From Mobula hypostoma (lineage: Eukaryota), in assembly GCF_963921235.1 (NCBI RefSeq), contig NC_086097.1, positions 61,568,001-61,632,000 on the forward strand: a DNA stretch of 64,000 bases. Direction: 5' to 3'. A model generated the notes under the pieces. That model made no database searches, was not told the origin of the DNA, and saw only the letters and a program-made list of their open reading frames with translations. Positions 12,992 to 24,116 of this stretch are shown one piece after another (the first letter of the stretch is position 1; every line of letters begins with the position of its first letter). Made by a program: the position numbers and the translations under genes.

Positions 12992-13091
12992 CACTCGCAA
13001 CACGTTAGAGGAACTCAGCAATTCGGGCAGCATCCATGGAAAAGATCGGTCGACGTTTTGGGCCGGAACCCTTCGTCAGGTCTGTTACTGT
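12992..13091 (-). mobile_element. Penelope-like terminal-repeat insert with hammerhead motif (copy 1)
   Basis: Minus strand reads CCTGACGAAGGGTTCCGGCCCAAAACGTCGACCG. It interrupts Nimb FDER|LTW. 10-bp TSD tgaaagattt (12982-12991) / tgaaagactt (13092-13101). Confidence 0.8.
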
Positions 13092-13443
13092 TGAAAGACT
13101 TACTTGGAGGGTTCATATAGATAAAACAATTGGAAAGTGTGAGAAAATTTTAAACGTTATGAGAAGTATTGCTGGATGTGACTGGGGAGCAGGGCGGGAA
13201 ATTATGTACTTAATATATCTAGCTATGATTAGATCAGTTATAGATTATGGTTGTATTGTTTATGGATCTGCTGCTACAGCAGTGCTTGGAAAACTAGGCA
13301 CTATGCAGTCCGAAGCACTTAGACTCTGTTGTGGAGCTTTTAGAACAACATCAGTCCCGGCATTGTGTGGAGATGGGAGAAGTGCCTTTGCATTTAACAC
13401 AAATTCAGTTGGACCTGCAGTATTGGGTAAAGCTAAGTGGATT

Positions 13444-16120
13444 AACGCAATAGAAAGGAAGGACATAAGCCGGGAAGATGTGGAATCGATATGGGTAGAG
13501 CTGCGTAACACTAAGGGGCAGAAGACGCTGGTGGGAGTTGTGTACAGGCCACCTAACAGTAGTAGTGAGGTCGGAGATGGTATTAAACAGGAAATTAGAA
13601 ATGTGTGCAATAAAGGAACAGCAGTTATAATGGGTGACTTCAATCTACATGTAGACTGGGTGAACCAAATTGGTAAAGGTGCTGAGGAAGAGGATTTCTT
13701 GGAATGTATGCGGGATGGTTTTTTGAACCAACATGTCGAGGAAACCGACTAGAGAGCAGGCTATTCTGGACTGGGTTTTGAGCAATGAGGAAGGGTTAAT
13801 TAGCGATCTTGTCGTGAGAGGCCCCTTGGGTAAGAGTGACCATAATATGGTGGAATTCTTCATTAACATGGAGAGTGACATAGTTAATTCAGAAACAAAG
13901 GTTCTGAACTTAGAGGGGTAACTTTGAAGGTATGAGACATGAATTAGCTAAGATAGACTGGCAAATGACACTTCAAGGATTGACGGTGGATATGCAATGG
14001 CAGGCATTTAAAGGTTGCATGGATGAACTACAACAATTGTTCATCCCAGTTTGGCAAAAGAATAAATCAAGGAAGGTAGTGCACCCGTGGCTGACAAGAG
14101 AAATTAGGGATAGTATCAATTCCAAAGAAGTAGCATACAAATTAGCCAGAGAAAGTGGCTCACCTGAGGACTGGGAGAAATTCAGAGTTCAGCAGAGGAG
14201 GACAAAGGGCTTAATTAGGAAGGGGAAAAAAGATTATGAGAGAAAACTGGCAGAGAACATAAAAACGGACTGTAAAAGCTTTTATAGATATGTAAAAAGG
14301 AAAAGACTGATAAAGACAAATGTAGGTCCCCTGCAAACAGAAACAGGTGAATTGATTATGGGGAGCAAGGACATGGCAGACCAATTGAATAATTACTTTG
14401 GTTCTGTCTTCACTAAGGAGGACATAAATAATCTTCCAGAAATAGTAAGGGACAGAGGGTCCAGTGAGATGGAGGAACTGAGCGAAATACATGTTAGTAG
14501 GGAAGTGGTGTTAGGTAAATTGAAGGGATTGAAGGCAGATAAATCCCCAGGGCCAGATGGTCTGCATCCCAGAGTGCTTAAGGAAGTGGCCCAAGAAATA
14601 GTGGATGCATTAGTGATAATTTTTCAAAACTCGTTAGATTCTGGACTAGTTCCTGAGGATTGGACGGTGGCTAATGTAACCCCACTTTTTAAAAAAGGAG
14701 GGAGAGAGAAACCGGGGAATTATAGGCCGGTTAGCCTAACGTCGGTGGTGGGGAAACTGCTGGAGTCAGTTATCAAGGATGTGATAACAGCACATTTGGA
14801 AAGCGGTGAAATGATCGGACAAAGTCAGCATGGATTTGTGAAAGGAAAATCATGTCTGACGAATCTCATAGAATTTTTTGAGGATGTAACTAGTAGAGTG
14901 GATAGGGGAGAACCAGTGGATGTGGTATATTTGGATTTTCAAAAGGCTTTTGACAAGGTCCCACATAGGAGATTAGTGTGCAAACTTAAAGCACACAGTA
15001 TTGGGGGTAAGGTATTGGTGTGGGTGGAGAATTGGTTAGCAGACAGGAAGCAAAGAGTGGGAATAAACGGGACCTTTTCAGAATGGCAGGCGGTGACTAG
15101 TGGGGTACCGCAAGGCTCAGTGCTGGGACCCCAGTTGTTTACAATATATATTAATGACTTGGATGAGGGAATTAAATGCAGCATCTCCAAGTTTGCGGAT
15201 GACACGAAGCTGGGTGGCAGTGTTAGCAGTGAGGAGGATGCTAAGAGGATGCAGGGTGACTTGGATAGGTTGGGTGAGTGGGCAAACTCATGGCAGATGC
15301 AATTTAATGTGGATAAATGTGAAGTTATCCACTTTGGTGGCAAAAATAGGAAAACAGATTATTTGAATGGTGGCCGATTAGGAAAAGGGGAGGTGCAACG
15401 AGACCTGGGTGTCATTATACACCAGTCATTGAAAGTGGGCATGCAGGTACAGCAGGCGGTGAAAAAGGCGAATGGTATGCTGGCATTTATAGCGAGAGGA
15501 TTCGAGTACAGGAGCAGGGAGGTACTACTGCAGTTGTACAAGGCCTTGGTGAGACCACACCTGGAGTATTGTGTGCAGTTTTGGTCCCCTAATCTGAGGA
15601 AAGACATCTTTGCCATAGAGGGAGTACAAAGAAGGTTCACCAGATTGATTCCTGGGATGGCAGGTCTTTCATATGAAGAAAGACTGGATGAACTGGGCTT
15701 GTACTCGTTGGAATTTAGAAGATTGAGGGGGGATCTGATTGAAACGTATAAGATCCTAAAGGGATTGGACAGGCTAGATGCGGGAAGATTGTTCCCGATG
15801 TTGGGGAGGTCTAGAACGAGGGGTCACAGTTTGAAGATAGAGGGGAAGCCTTTTAGGACCGAGGTTAGGAAAAACTTCTTCACACAGAGAGTGGTGAATC
15901 TGTGGAATTCTCTGCCACAGCAAACTGTTGAGGCCAGTTCATTAGCTATGTTTAAAAGGAAGTTAGATATGGCCCTTGTGGCTACAGGGGTCAGGGGGTA
16001 TGGAGGGAAGGCTGGGTTCTGAGTTGGATGATCAGCCATGATCATAATAAATGGCGGTGCAGGCTCGAAGGGCCGAATGGCCTACTCCTGCACCTATTTT
16101 CTATGTTTCTATGTTTCTAT
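13444..16120 (+). mobile_element. Young 5'-truncated CR1 LINE inserted in Nimb ORF2
   Basis: Endonuclease motifs (VYRPP, MGDFN, LGKSDHN), RT ORF, tail (TTTCTATG)n ending ~16120. gatt on both sides (13440-13443 and 16121-16124); the host reads gctaagtg|gattcaacc. Confidence 0.95.
13932..16022 (+). CDS. CR1 ORF2 reverse transcriptase region, 696 aa uninterrupted
   Basis: [92 protein letters not shown]. Confidence 0.92.
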   Translation: MRHELAKIDWQMTLQGLTVDMQWQAFKGCMDELQQLFIPVWQKNKSRKVVHPWLTREIRDSINSKEVAYKLARESGSPEDWEKFRVQQRRTKGLIRKGKKDYERKLAENIKTDCKSFYRYVKRKRLIKTNVGPLQTETGELIMGSKDMADQLNNYFGSVFTKEDINNLPEIVRDRGSSEMEELSEIHVSREVVLGKLKGLKADKSPGPDGLHPRVLKEVAQEIVDALVIIFQNSLDSGLVPEDWTVANVTPLFKKGGREKPGNYRPVSLTSVVGKLLESVIKDVITAHLESGEMIGQSQHGFVKGKSCLTNLIEFFEDVTSRVDRGEPVDVVYLDFQKAFDKVPHRRLVCKLKAHSIGGKVLVWVENWLADRKQRVGINGTFSEWQAVTSGVPQGSVLGPQLFTIYINDLDEGIKCSISKFADDTKLGGSVSSEEDAKRMQGDLDRLGEWANSWQMQFNVDKCEVIHFGGKNRKTDYLNGGRLGKGEVQRDLGVIIHQSLKVGMQVQQAVKKANGMLAFIARGFEYRSREVLLQLYKALVRPHLEYCVQFWSPNLRKDIFAIEGVQRRFTRLIPGMAGLSYEERLDELGLYSLEFRRLRGDLIETYKILKGLDRLDAGRLFPMLGRSRTRGHSLKIEGKPFRTEVRKNFFTQRVVNLWNSLPQQTVEASSLAMFKRKLDMALVATGVRGYGGKAGF

Positions 16121-18289
16121 GATTCAACCACAGCTGTCCATCAAAGTGAATTTGCAGGGTAAGTCAGAGCGTCAAAATAAAATTAAAAGATGCCCATTTT
16201 TAGATTTGGTTAATAACTGGGCTATGAAACTGAAACTGACTGAGGAAGACATAATTGGCCAAATTTGTCTGCCACCCGTCCCTTTTCGGCTCTTTCCAGA
16301 ACCAGAAGTAGACCTATTCCTCCTTTTTCAGCTTAAAGGAAGCAGTGCAATTTCATCAGCATTGATCACAAATGAATATTTAAATAATAAATGGGGATCT
16401 TATCTGAAGATTTTTACTGATGGCTCAGTGGACCCAGAGAGCAGTAGGGCAGGATTTGGGATGTACGTGTCTCAACTTGGAGTTAAGATTGGTCACCAGG
16501 TTTCAGATGGTGTTTCTGTCTTTACAATAGAATTATTAACAATCCTCTGGGCCTTATGGTGGATAGAAGACTCTTGACCACGTAGAGTTATCATCTGTTC
16601 GGATTCTGCTGCTGCTTTAGAGTTTATAAAAGAGAGTAAATCAAAAGCTCATCCTGATATAGTTATGGGGATGCTTAGTGTTGTTTAGAGTAGGGAAAAT
16701 GGGTTATGCAGTTAGATTTTCATGGATACCTGGGCATGCTGGGGTGGAGGGAAATGAAATTGTGGATGGCATTGCAAAGTCTTCCTTACAGAGCAGGCAA
16801 ATAGAAATTAGAGTTCCCCTAGGCAGAGCAGAATTGAGAAGTAGGATTAAAAAAGGTATAGTGAAGAAGTGGCAGGAGAATTGGAAAAATGAATTAAGGG
16901 GCAGGCATTATTTTTCTAGTCACCCACTAGTTAAAAAGGTCTCAGACTGTTGCCTTTTAAGTCGTAGAGATATGGTGAAATTTACAAGACTTAGGTTGGG
17001 GCATTGTGAGCTAAACTATTATTTAAAGATAATAGGAAAACATCCTACTGGATTATGTGACTGTGGTAGTCCAGAGACAGTCCAGCATGTTTTGCTGAGC
17101 TGTAATCGATACAAAATTGAAAGAAGCATGCTGTTCAAGAGACTATCTGCCTTAAATTTATTTTGGTTTTCTATTCAATCTTTGTTTGGCCAGCAAGAGA
17201 ATCAACATCTGATTGGAGAGTCTATCATTCAATTTATACATGAGACTAGGCTGTATTTGAGAATTTGAGTTCCTTGAAGTTCTATAATTAATTATACATC
17301 CTGCACAGGGATGTAATACGCCTAGATGTGTCTAAGCAAGAAGAGGAAGAAGAAGCATCCTTGTGCCTTGTCCTGCCCAGGAAAGCCTTGAATAATCCAA
17401 GCCTCGTCCAGTCCTGTACCCATGTCATGTCTTTGTCCAGTTCTGGAGTCCGAGCCCGAGTCAAGGACCAGGTTCTGGGTGCTTGTCCAGTCTCTGGCTC
17501 GGAGTCCAAGCCCAGGCTCCATGTTCCCAGTTCCTTGTCCTGGTCCCGCTTTCCTAGCCAATGTCCTAGCCCAAGTCTGTGTTCTTGTCCCAGCTCTCTA
17601 GTCAAGTTCTGTTCCTAGTACTTCAGTGTCTGTGTCTTGCATTAGGTCCGCTCCTAGTGTGCCCCCTTATGACAGTGAGTCCTTCAAAATGGAAAATCAA
17701 CACCCAGTTACATGGTTAAATATGTAAATTTGTAATTGTTAAACTAGCTTCAGATTCAGATTCAAATCCATTTATATATCACTTGGATATCAAAATGCGC
17801 ACTGAAATGCATGGATAAATACATTAGTTTCTCCCTTTTTGAAGGAAGGAAGAACAGTAATATATGAAAATAAATGTGATAACACAATGATATAGAACAA
17901 ATATAACTGCTTATGCTAATATCTAATACAAATGCTGCAAGAATTCTGCATCTGTGGACAGATAAACCAGTTATTGTTTTTGATCGGTGATCCTTGTTCA
18001 GTGTTGAGATATTGTCATGTAGTAGAGTGTAGAATCAAGTACTGTGCTGTAGTTGAGCACGTGTCTATGGACGTGTGTAATCTGAAAAGAGCAAGGTACA
18101 CACCTTGGAGCACTTTGTGCTTCCTGCTTTGACTGTGCACTTGACAGAAAAATGCCACAGAGTCATTTATTACCCCTTTCAGCTCAGTTTCTCCTTTTTA
18201 TTTTGCTTTTGGTTTAAGATGGTGCTGGGTGAAGTACAACAAAGAATTGAAGGTAGCAAACAAAGCAAAAAGTGATTGTATCAATCATA

Positions 18290-19190
18290 CTTGACTTGGA
18301 GGCAATGATAAAATAGGCCAAAGTCAGCATGTTTTTCTCAAGGTGAAATCTTGCCTGACAAGTCTGTTGGAATTCTTTGAGGAAGTAACAAACAGGATAA
18401 AGAAAGGACAGTCAGCGTATGTGCTTAACTTGGATTTTCCAAAGGTCTATTTGACAAGGTGCCACAGATGAGGCTGCTAAACAAGATAAGAGTCCATGGA
18501 GAGAAGATTAATGGCCTGGCAGGTGGCAAAGTGTGGATGCTTTCTAGTTGGCAGGTGGTGACTGGTGGTGTTCCACAGGGGTCAGTGTTGGGTCCACTAT
18601 TTTTGACAGTATATATTAATGATGGAACTGATGGTCTTTTAGCCAAGTTTCTGGATGATTTGAGGGTTGGTAGGTAGGCAGGCAGTGTTAAGGAAATGGA
18701 GCCTGTAGACGGACTTGGGCAAATTAAGGGAATAGGCAAAGATGTGGCAGGTGGAAATAGTGTAGGAAAGTTTATTCTCATGCACATTAGAAGAAGGAAT
18801 AAAAGCATAGATCATTTTCTAAACTTACAGTGTATTCAGAAACTGGAGATACAAAGAGACATACAAAACGCTGGAGGGACTCAATAGGTCAGGTAGAATT
18901 GATGGAACTTTATGTTTCAAGCTGAGATCATTCATCAGGACTGGAAAGTATGGACTAAAAAGCCAGAATATTGAATCCCTGGAATAACTTGCCACAGGCA
19001 GCTCTGGATGACATGCTACTGGGTATACTTAAAGTCACAATTGATAGGTCCTTGATTAGTAAGATCATTAACAAGGCAGGATAATGGAGGTGAGAGGAAA
19101 AATGAATCAGCTGTAATTAGACGGCAGAGTAGACTCAATGGGCTGAATAGCCTAATTCTGCTCCTATGTCTTATGGTCTAATGGTTTTAT
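18290..19190 (+). mobile_element. Degraded CR1 3' portion
   Basis: ORF 18459..18677 ([16 protein letters not shown]). Tail tatgtcttatggtcta at ~19165-19180. Confidence 0.8.
18858..18948 (-). mobile_element. Penelope-like hammerhead insert (copy 2, degraded)
   Basis: Minus strand CCAGTCCTGATGAATGATCTCAGCTTGAAACAT. Shares the acaaaacgctggagggactca body with the other copies. Confidence 0.65.
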
Positions 19191-19679
19191 AATCTTTAAT
19201 TTCAAAATACTTCAGGACCCACACTCAGAATTTTATCCAATGCTTTAATAACTTGGAAATGTCATTGTCTTTGTTATCAGTTTTCACATGGCCTTCTTTA
19301 ATTTTCTCCTTTTTTCATGAAAAGGGGAATATGGACAACATTTAGTCCATTGGGCATGTTGTGAATATTCACCAATAATTCTTACTTTAGTGAGCTTACA
19401 TCCTGTTATGTTTTCATTCCATTTATTCAAGTAACTCCATCTTCCATATCAATAATTTGTCTTCATTTTCCCTCAATCATGATTTCCTCTCCATCTGAGT
19501 TTCCACTCTATTTCCAAAATGCCTCTTCTCACATTTATTCCGCTCACCTACAATACAATGGAGAGCCCCAGAAGCATGATGATCATCCAATTTGCTAATG
19601 TTCTTTGGGAAGAAATACTGCCATTCTTTCCCAGTCTGCCCTACACATGACTCCAGACCCCACCCCCACAAGCGTGGGA

Positions 19680-22600
19680 GATCCAAGATGGCACCAGGAG
19701 CTGGCAACACATTGCGTACAGCTCTGAAGAGAATCATCAAATATTCCCTTTTAGGACTAGTACAGCTGAAATCCACAATCACAGCTATGTATATTTCATT
19801 AAGAAATTTTGTTTTTAAGAAGCTTAAAAAATCTATCTATCATCAAAATAGGTGGACTCCAGACTGCAGACACAGCTCATGAGTGCAGCATCCTTTTAAG
19901 AAAAAGGAAGCATGGAAAGTGTGCTAGTCTACAAGAAAGATTGAAATGCAGAGCCCTTAGACACCCCTACCACTTTCTATTATCCTGCTGGTGAACATAC
20001 GGACTTTGAAAAATAAAATTGAAGACCTCAGAATAAAATTTTAGTGAGAGGAACATCAGAAACTGCTGTATACTTTGCTTCTCAGCAAACGTGGTTCACC
20101 CACACCATCCTGGACGTAGTGCTGCAGCCTGACGACGTCACCATCTATTGCAAGATAGAACAATTCATTTTTTTTAATGCAGAGGAGGTGAAGTGTGTTT
20201 CATGATAAACTCATCATGGTGCAGAGACTTGATAGTTCTGCTTCATTCCTCCTCAATTGGCCTGGAACACTTAGTGATCAAGTATAATCCATTTTCTGCA
20301 AAGCGAGTTTTCTGCCATCATCCTTGTAGTGGTGTACATTTCACCCCTGGCCAAAATCAGGCAGGCACTGGAGGAGCTGAGAACCATGATTAGCAGTTAC
20401 AAAACAATGCACCCTGATGCCTTCCTATCATTGTGAGGGACTTCAAACAGGCCAGCTTGTTGAAGGCTCTGATCAACTACCACCAACACATCACCTGTGG
20501 ACTCAATGGACCACTTTACCCCACCATCTAGAATGTTTGCCATCCCTTCCTACACCTGCACTTTGGAAAGTCTTATCATCTGGCTGTACTTCCATTTCTG
20601 GCATACAGGCAAAGACTGAAGACCACCGCACTAGTGTTGAGGAGCACAAAGGTATGGGCAAGCCAGACAGAGGAGCACTTACAGTATTGCTTTGAATTGG
20701 TGGGCTGGAAAATATTCAGGGACTGATGTTCGAATCTGAATGAATATGCCACAGTTGTCATTGACTTCATCAAGACCTGTGTGGATGGGTATGTGCCTTT
20801 GAGAGCATACCAGATATACATAAACCAAAAGCTGTGGATGAACCAGGAGATTTATAGTCTGCTAAGGAGTAGATCTGTGGCATTCAAGACTGGAGATCGA
20901 GAACTATACAAGAAGTTCAGGTACGAGCTACGGAGAGCTATGTTAAGAGTGAAAAAAACAATTCTGATTTAGAGGTGGAATCAGATCTACTGTCATCAAC
21001 ATATATCATGAAATTTGTTGTCTTTCCCGACAATTAATTTCATGTCATATGCTTGCACATGTCAGCTCTACAGAGTTTACAGGCCATTATTTCCAGAAAG
21101 CTAAAACCTAACATTATGAATGGCTGTGATGCTTCATTCCCAGAAGTGCTCAACTTCTTTTGAGAGGGAAAATAAAAGTATACCTGTGCGGATCCCTGCA
21201 ACATCTGGTGATGCGGATTTGACTCATAGGCCAACTTCAGACCATCTTTCAAAAGGGTGAATCCTTGCAAGCTGTCAAGCCCCGTTGATGTACATTGTAG
21301 AGCACTGAATACCAATGCCAACCAATGATGGGAGTGTTCAAGGATACCTTCAGTCTCCGACTGCTGCAATCAGAGGTTCCATCTGCTTCAAACGAGCAAC
21401 AATCATTCCTCTACCCAAGAGGAGCAGAGTGAGCTCCCTCAACAACTATTGCCCAGAGGCACTCACATTAACTGTGATGAAATGCTTTTACAGATCGGTT
21501 GTGGCTAGAATCAATTCCTGCCTAAACAAGGACCTGGACTTGCTACAATTTGCCTATCGCCACAGTAGGTATACAGTGGAAGCAATCTCACTTGCTCTCC
21601 ACTTGGCACTGGACAATGGCAATACCTACTTCAGACTCTCTGTTGTACATTTAGCATTTCAGTAATATTTGAATAATCTTATATATCTTGATAAAGTATT
21701 CTTGTTCATTGAAATAATTCATTACGGGCTATATGTATAAATACATGAATTGCATATGTCATCATGCTGGCATGTGATATGTTTTCCTTGAAATAATTTA
21801 ATGTTTTGAAGTTACAAAACATAACACTTCTGTTTATTGACTACAGCTCAGTGTCCAACACAATCATACCCTCAGTATTAATCAACAAGCTCCAAAACCT
21901 GGGCCTCTGTACATCCCTCTATAACTGGATCCTTGACTTCCTCACTGGAAGACCACAGTCAGTGTGGATCAGAAATACCATCTCCTCCTCACAGACAATC
22001 AAGATGGGTGCACCTCAAGGATGTTTGCTTATCCTACTGCTCTACTCTTTCTACACCCATGAATGTATAGCTTGGTGTAGCTCAAATGCCATCTATAAAT
22101 TTGCCAGTGATAAATTGGCAGAATTTCAGATGGTGACAAGGAAGCAAACTGGAGTGAGATAGACCTGCAGGCTGAGTAGTGTGGCAACAACAATCTTGCA
22201 TTCAATATCAGTAAGACAAAGGATTTGATTGTGGACTTCAGGAAGGAGAATTCATGGAAACACACAATAGTCCTCATCGAGTTATCAGCAGTAGAAAGGC
22301 TGAGCAGTTTCAAGTTACTGGGTGTCAACATTGCTGAAGATTTATCCAAGACTCAACATATTAATGCAATTACAAAGAAGACACAACAGCAGCTATATTT
22401 CATTCAGAGTTTAACAAGACTTGGGACATCATCAAAGACTCTAACAAGTTTCTACAGATGTACCACGGTGAGCATTCTAACTGGTTGCATCACCACTGGT
22501 ATGGACGGGCCACTGCACTGGACTGGAAAAATCCGCAGGAGGTTGCAAACACAGCCAGCTCCATCATGGGCATTAGCCTCCATTGCATCGAGAACATCTC

Positions 22601-22932
22601 CAAAAGGCAATGCCTCAGAGAGGAGGCATACATCCTTAAGGACCCACATCACCCAGGGCGTGCCCTCTTCTTGTTGTTACCAACAAGGAGGAGGACAGGT
22701 GCAGGAAGAAACATTTTAAGAACAGCATCTTTCTCTCCACCATCAGATTTCTGAACAGACACTGAACCCATGTACACTACCACACTATTTTTCCCTTTCT
22801 TTTTGTGCTACTTATTTAAGTTATATATATTTCTTGTATTTTATAGCAGTTATTATGTATTGCACTGTACTGCTGTAAAACAACGAATTTCACAATATAT
22901 GCCAATGATATTAAACCTGATTCTGATTCCGA
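19680..22932 (+). mobile_element. Rex1/Babar-clade LINE, degraded, near full length
   Basis: 5' caagatggcacc. RT pieces [69 protein letters not shown]. Tail ttaaacctgattctgattc at ~22911-22930. Confidence 0.85.
21641..21826. mobile_element. Short TG...CA-bounded element inserted in the Rex1 RT
   Basis: Begins tgttg, ends ataaca, and interrupts Rex1 ...FRL|LLFIDY. A related copy at 52179-52411 shares atttaatgttttgaagttacaaa.cataaca. Confidence 0.6.
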
Positions 22933-23592
22933 ACTGGCTCCTCAACTCAAAGGCATTTAGGAACGGGTGATAAATGCAGACGTTGCAGTCTTGTCTGCAT
23001 CCTATGAATGATTTAAAATGAAATCTGAAATAAAACCGTTCAGGGATTTATGGCAACATTTCTGTTGATACCAACATGGAATCAGTGAAGCTACAGCTTT
23101 ATGGATGTCAGTGAAGTGACAGAGCGCTGCCACAGTCAGTGGCAGGAATATCATCAGCTGCACTTGTTTTTTCGCACAACCTGTGTGCCTATGCCTTTAG
23201 AAACACCCTGCAAAATCAGCAGAACAAAGCCAAGCAAAAAAAAACTGAAATCAAATGCAAAGAAACGTGTGGAATTCCTATTTATTACAGAATAGCCTGG
23301 AGATATAGTTCTTGCAAGCAGCATAACTATATAGATAAGTAAACAACTCCATATGCTACTCAGTCATTTACATTTGAAGCTGCTACTTCCGGAAGGTTTT
23401 ATGAGCACAACACTTTATGTCTAGCAACATGTCACACAAGACCTTCCATTCAGAATCAATCCATTCTCACTAAAGCCAATATTGAGGACCCTGAAGTGGA
23501 AAATTTAAGAGACTTTGAAATAAAGTGTAATAAAGATGAAAATGATTAAAATTTTTATTTTAATAAGCACTGAGGTGGATTCAATGTTTGTA

Positions 23593-24104
23593 CATTCAGT
23601 GGCCACTTTATTAGGTACACCTGTACATCTCGTTAATGCAAATTTCTAATCAGCCAATCATATGGCAGCAATTCAATGCATAAAGCATGCAGACATGGTC
23701 ACGTGGTTCAGTAGTTGTTCACACCAAACAGCAGAATGAGGAAGAAATGTGAGCTAAGTGACTTTGACCGTGGAATGATTATTGGTACCAGACGAGGTGG
23801 TTTGAGTACCTCAGAAACCGCTGAACTCCTGGGATTTTCACACACAGCAATCTCCAGAGTTTACAGAGAATGGGGTGAAAAGCATACAATGAATTGCAGT
23901 TCTGTTGGTTAAAATGCCTTGCCAATGAGGAAGGTCAGGGAGAATGGCCAGACTGGTGCAAGCTGACAGAAAGGTGACAGTAACTCAGATAACCACACAC
24001 CTAAAAAGTAGTGTGCAGAAGGGCTTCTCTGAATGCACAACACGTTGAACCTTGCAGTGGATGGGCTACAGAGGCAGAAGACCTAATAATGTGGCCATTG
24101 AGTA
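23593..24104 (+). mobile_element. Non-autonomous Tc1/mariner element (~510 bp) with transposase HTH remnant
   Basis: TIRs cattcagtggccactttattagg / cctaataatgtggccattgagta, with TA on both flanks. ORF 23715..23912 contains LSDFDRGMIIGTRRGGLSTSETAELLGFSHTAISRVYREW. Confidence 0.88.
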
Positions 24105-24116
24105 TATATTTCATTT

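Larger units (their letters stand above)
10759..17268 (+). pseudogene. Nimb ORF2 (APE, RT, RNase H, zinc finger), frameshifted and interrupted at 12992-13091 and 13444-16120
   Basis: ORFs 10726..12423, 12306..12710, 12728..13120, 13036..13752 (part), 16038..16577 and 16678..17268 give colinear domains. Confidence 0.85.
6150..17355 (+). mobile_element. Near full-length Nimb/I-group LINE (ORF1 with zinc knuckles; ORF2 APE-RT-RNase H-CCHC), degraded, carrying three nested insertions
   Basis: ORF1: RCYNC*RFGH, RCMKCGEDH, KCSNCGGDH. APE: ILQWNAR, ICIQETW, FNAHNPIWG. RT: YRPIALTS, FLDIERAYDSLW, GTPQESVISP, DYGCIVY. RNase H: KIFTDGS, WIPGHAGVEGNEIVD. C-terminal CDCGSPETVQHVLLSC. Ends in an (AAG)n-like tail at ~17338-17355. 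5' boundary approximate. Confidence 0.88.
5987..17674 (+). mobile_element. Solo LTR split by the Nimb insertion (pieces ~5987-6150 and ~17356-17674)
   Basis: Starts TGTCA (5987) and ends TGACA (17670-17674). 5-bp flanks gtgcg / gtgag differ by one base. TATA-like tacataaata near 6122. The 3' piece has internal short degenerate repeats (gtccgagccc / gtccaagccc / gtcctagccc). Confidence 0.7.
19585..23020 (+). mobile_element. Deu-domain SINE-like / L2-tail repeat split by the Rex1 LINE (pieces ~19585-19665 and ~22933-23020)
   Basis: ctaatgttctttgggaagaaatactgcc...ctacacatgactccagaccccac matches the 38260-38340 copy. The 3' piece ggcatttaggaacgggtgataaatgc matches tails at ~28208 and ~45376. Family name is from recalled consensus. 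Confidence 0.55.

Noticed and set aside
13036..13752. 238-aa ORF as a fusion protein
   Set aside because: Spans the hammerhead insert, Nimb RT and CR1 endonuclease; a nesting artefact.
17356..17620. Short repeats as a CRISPR-like array
   Set aside because: Degenerate internal LTR repeats with no constant repeat-spacer period, in a eukaryotic context with no cas genes.
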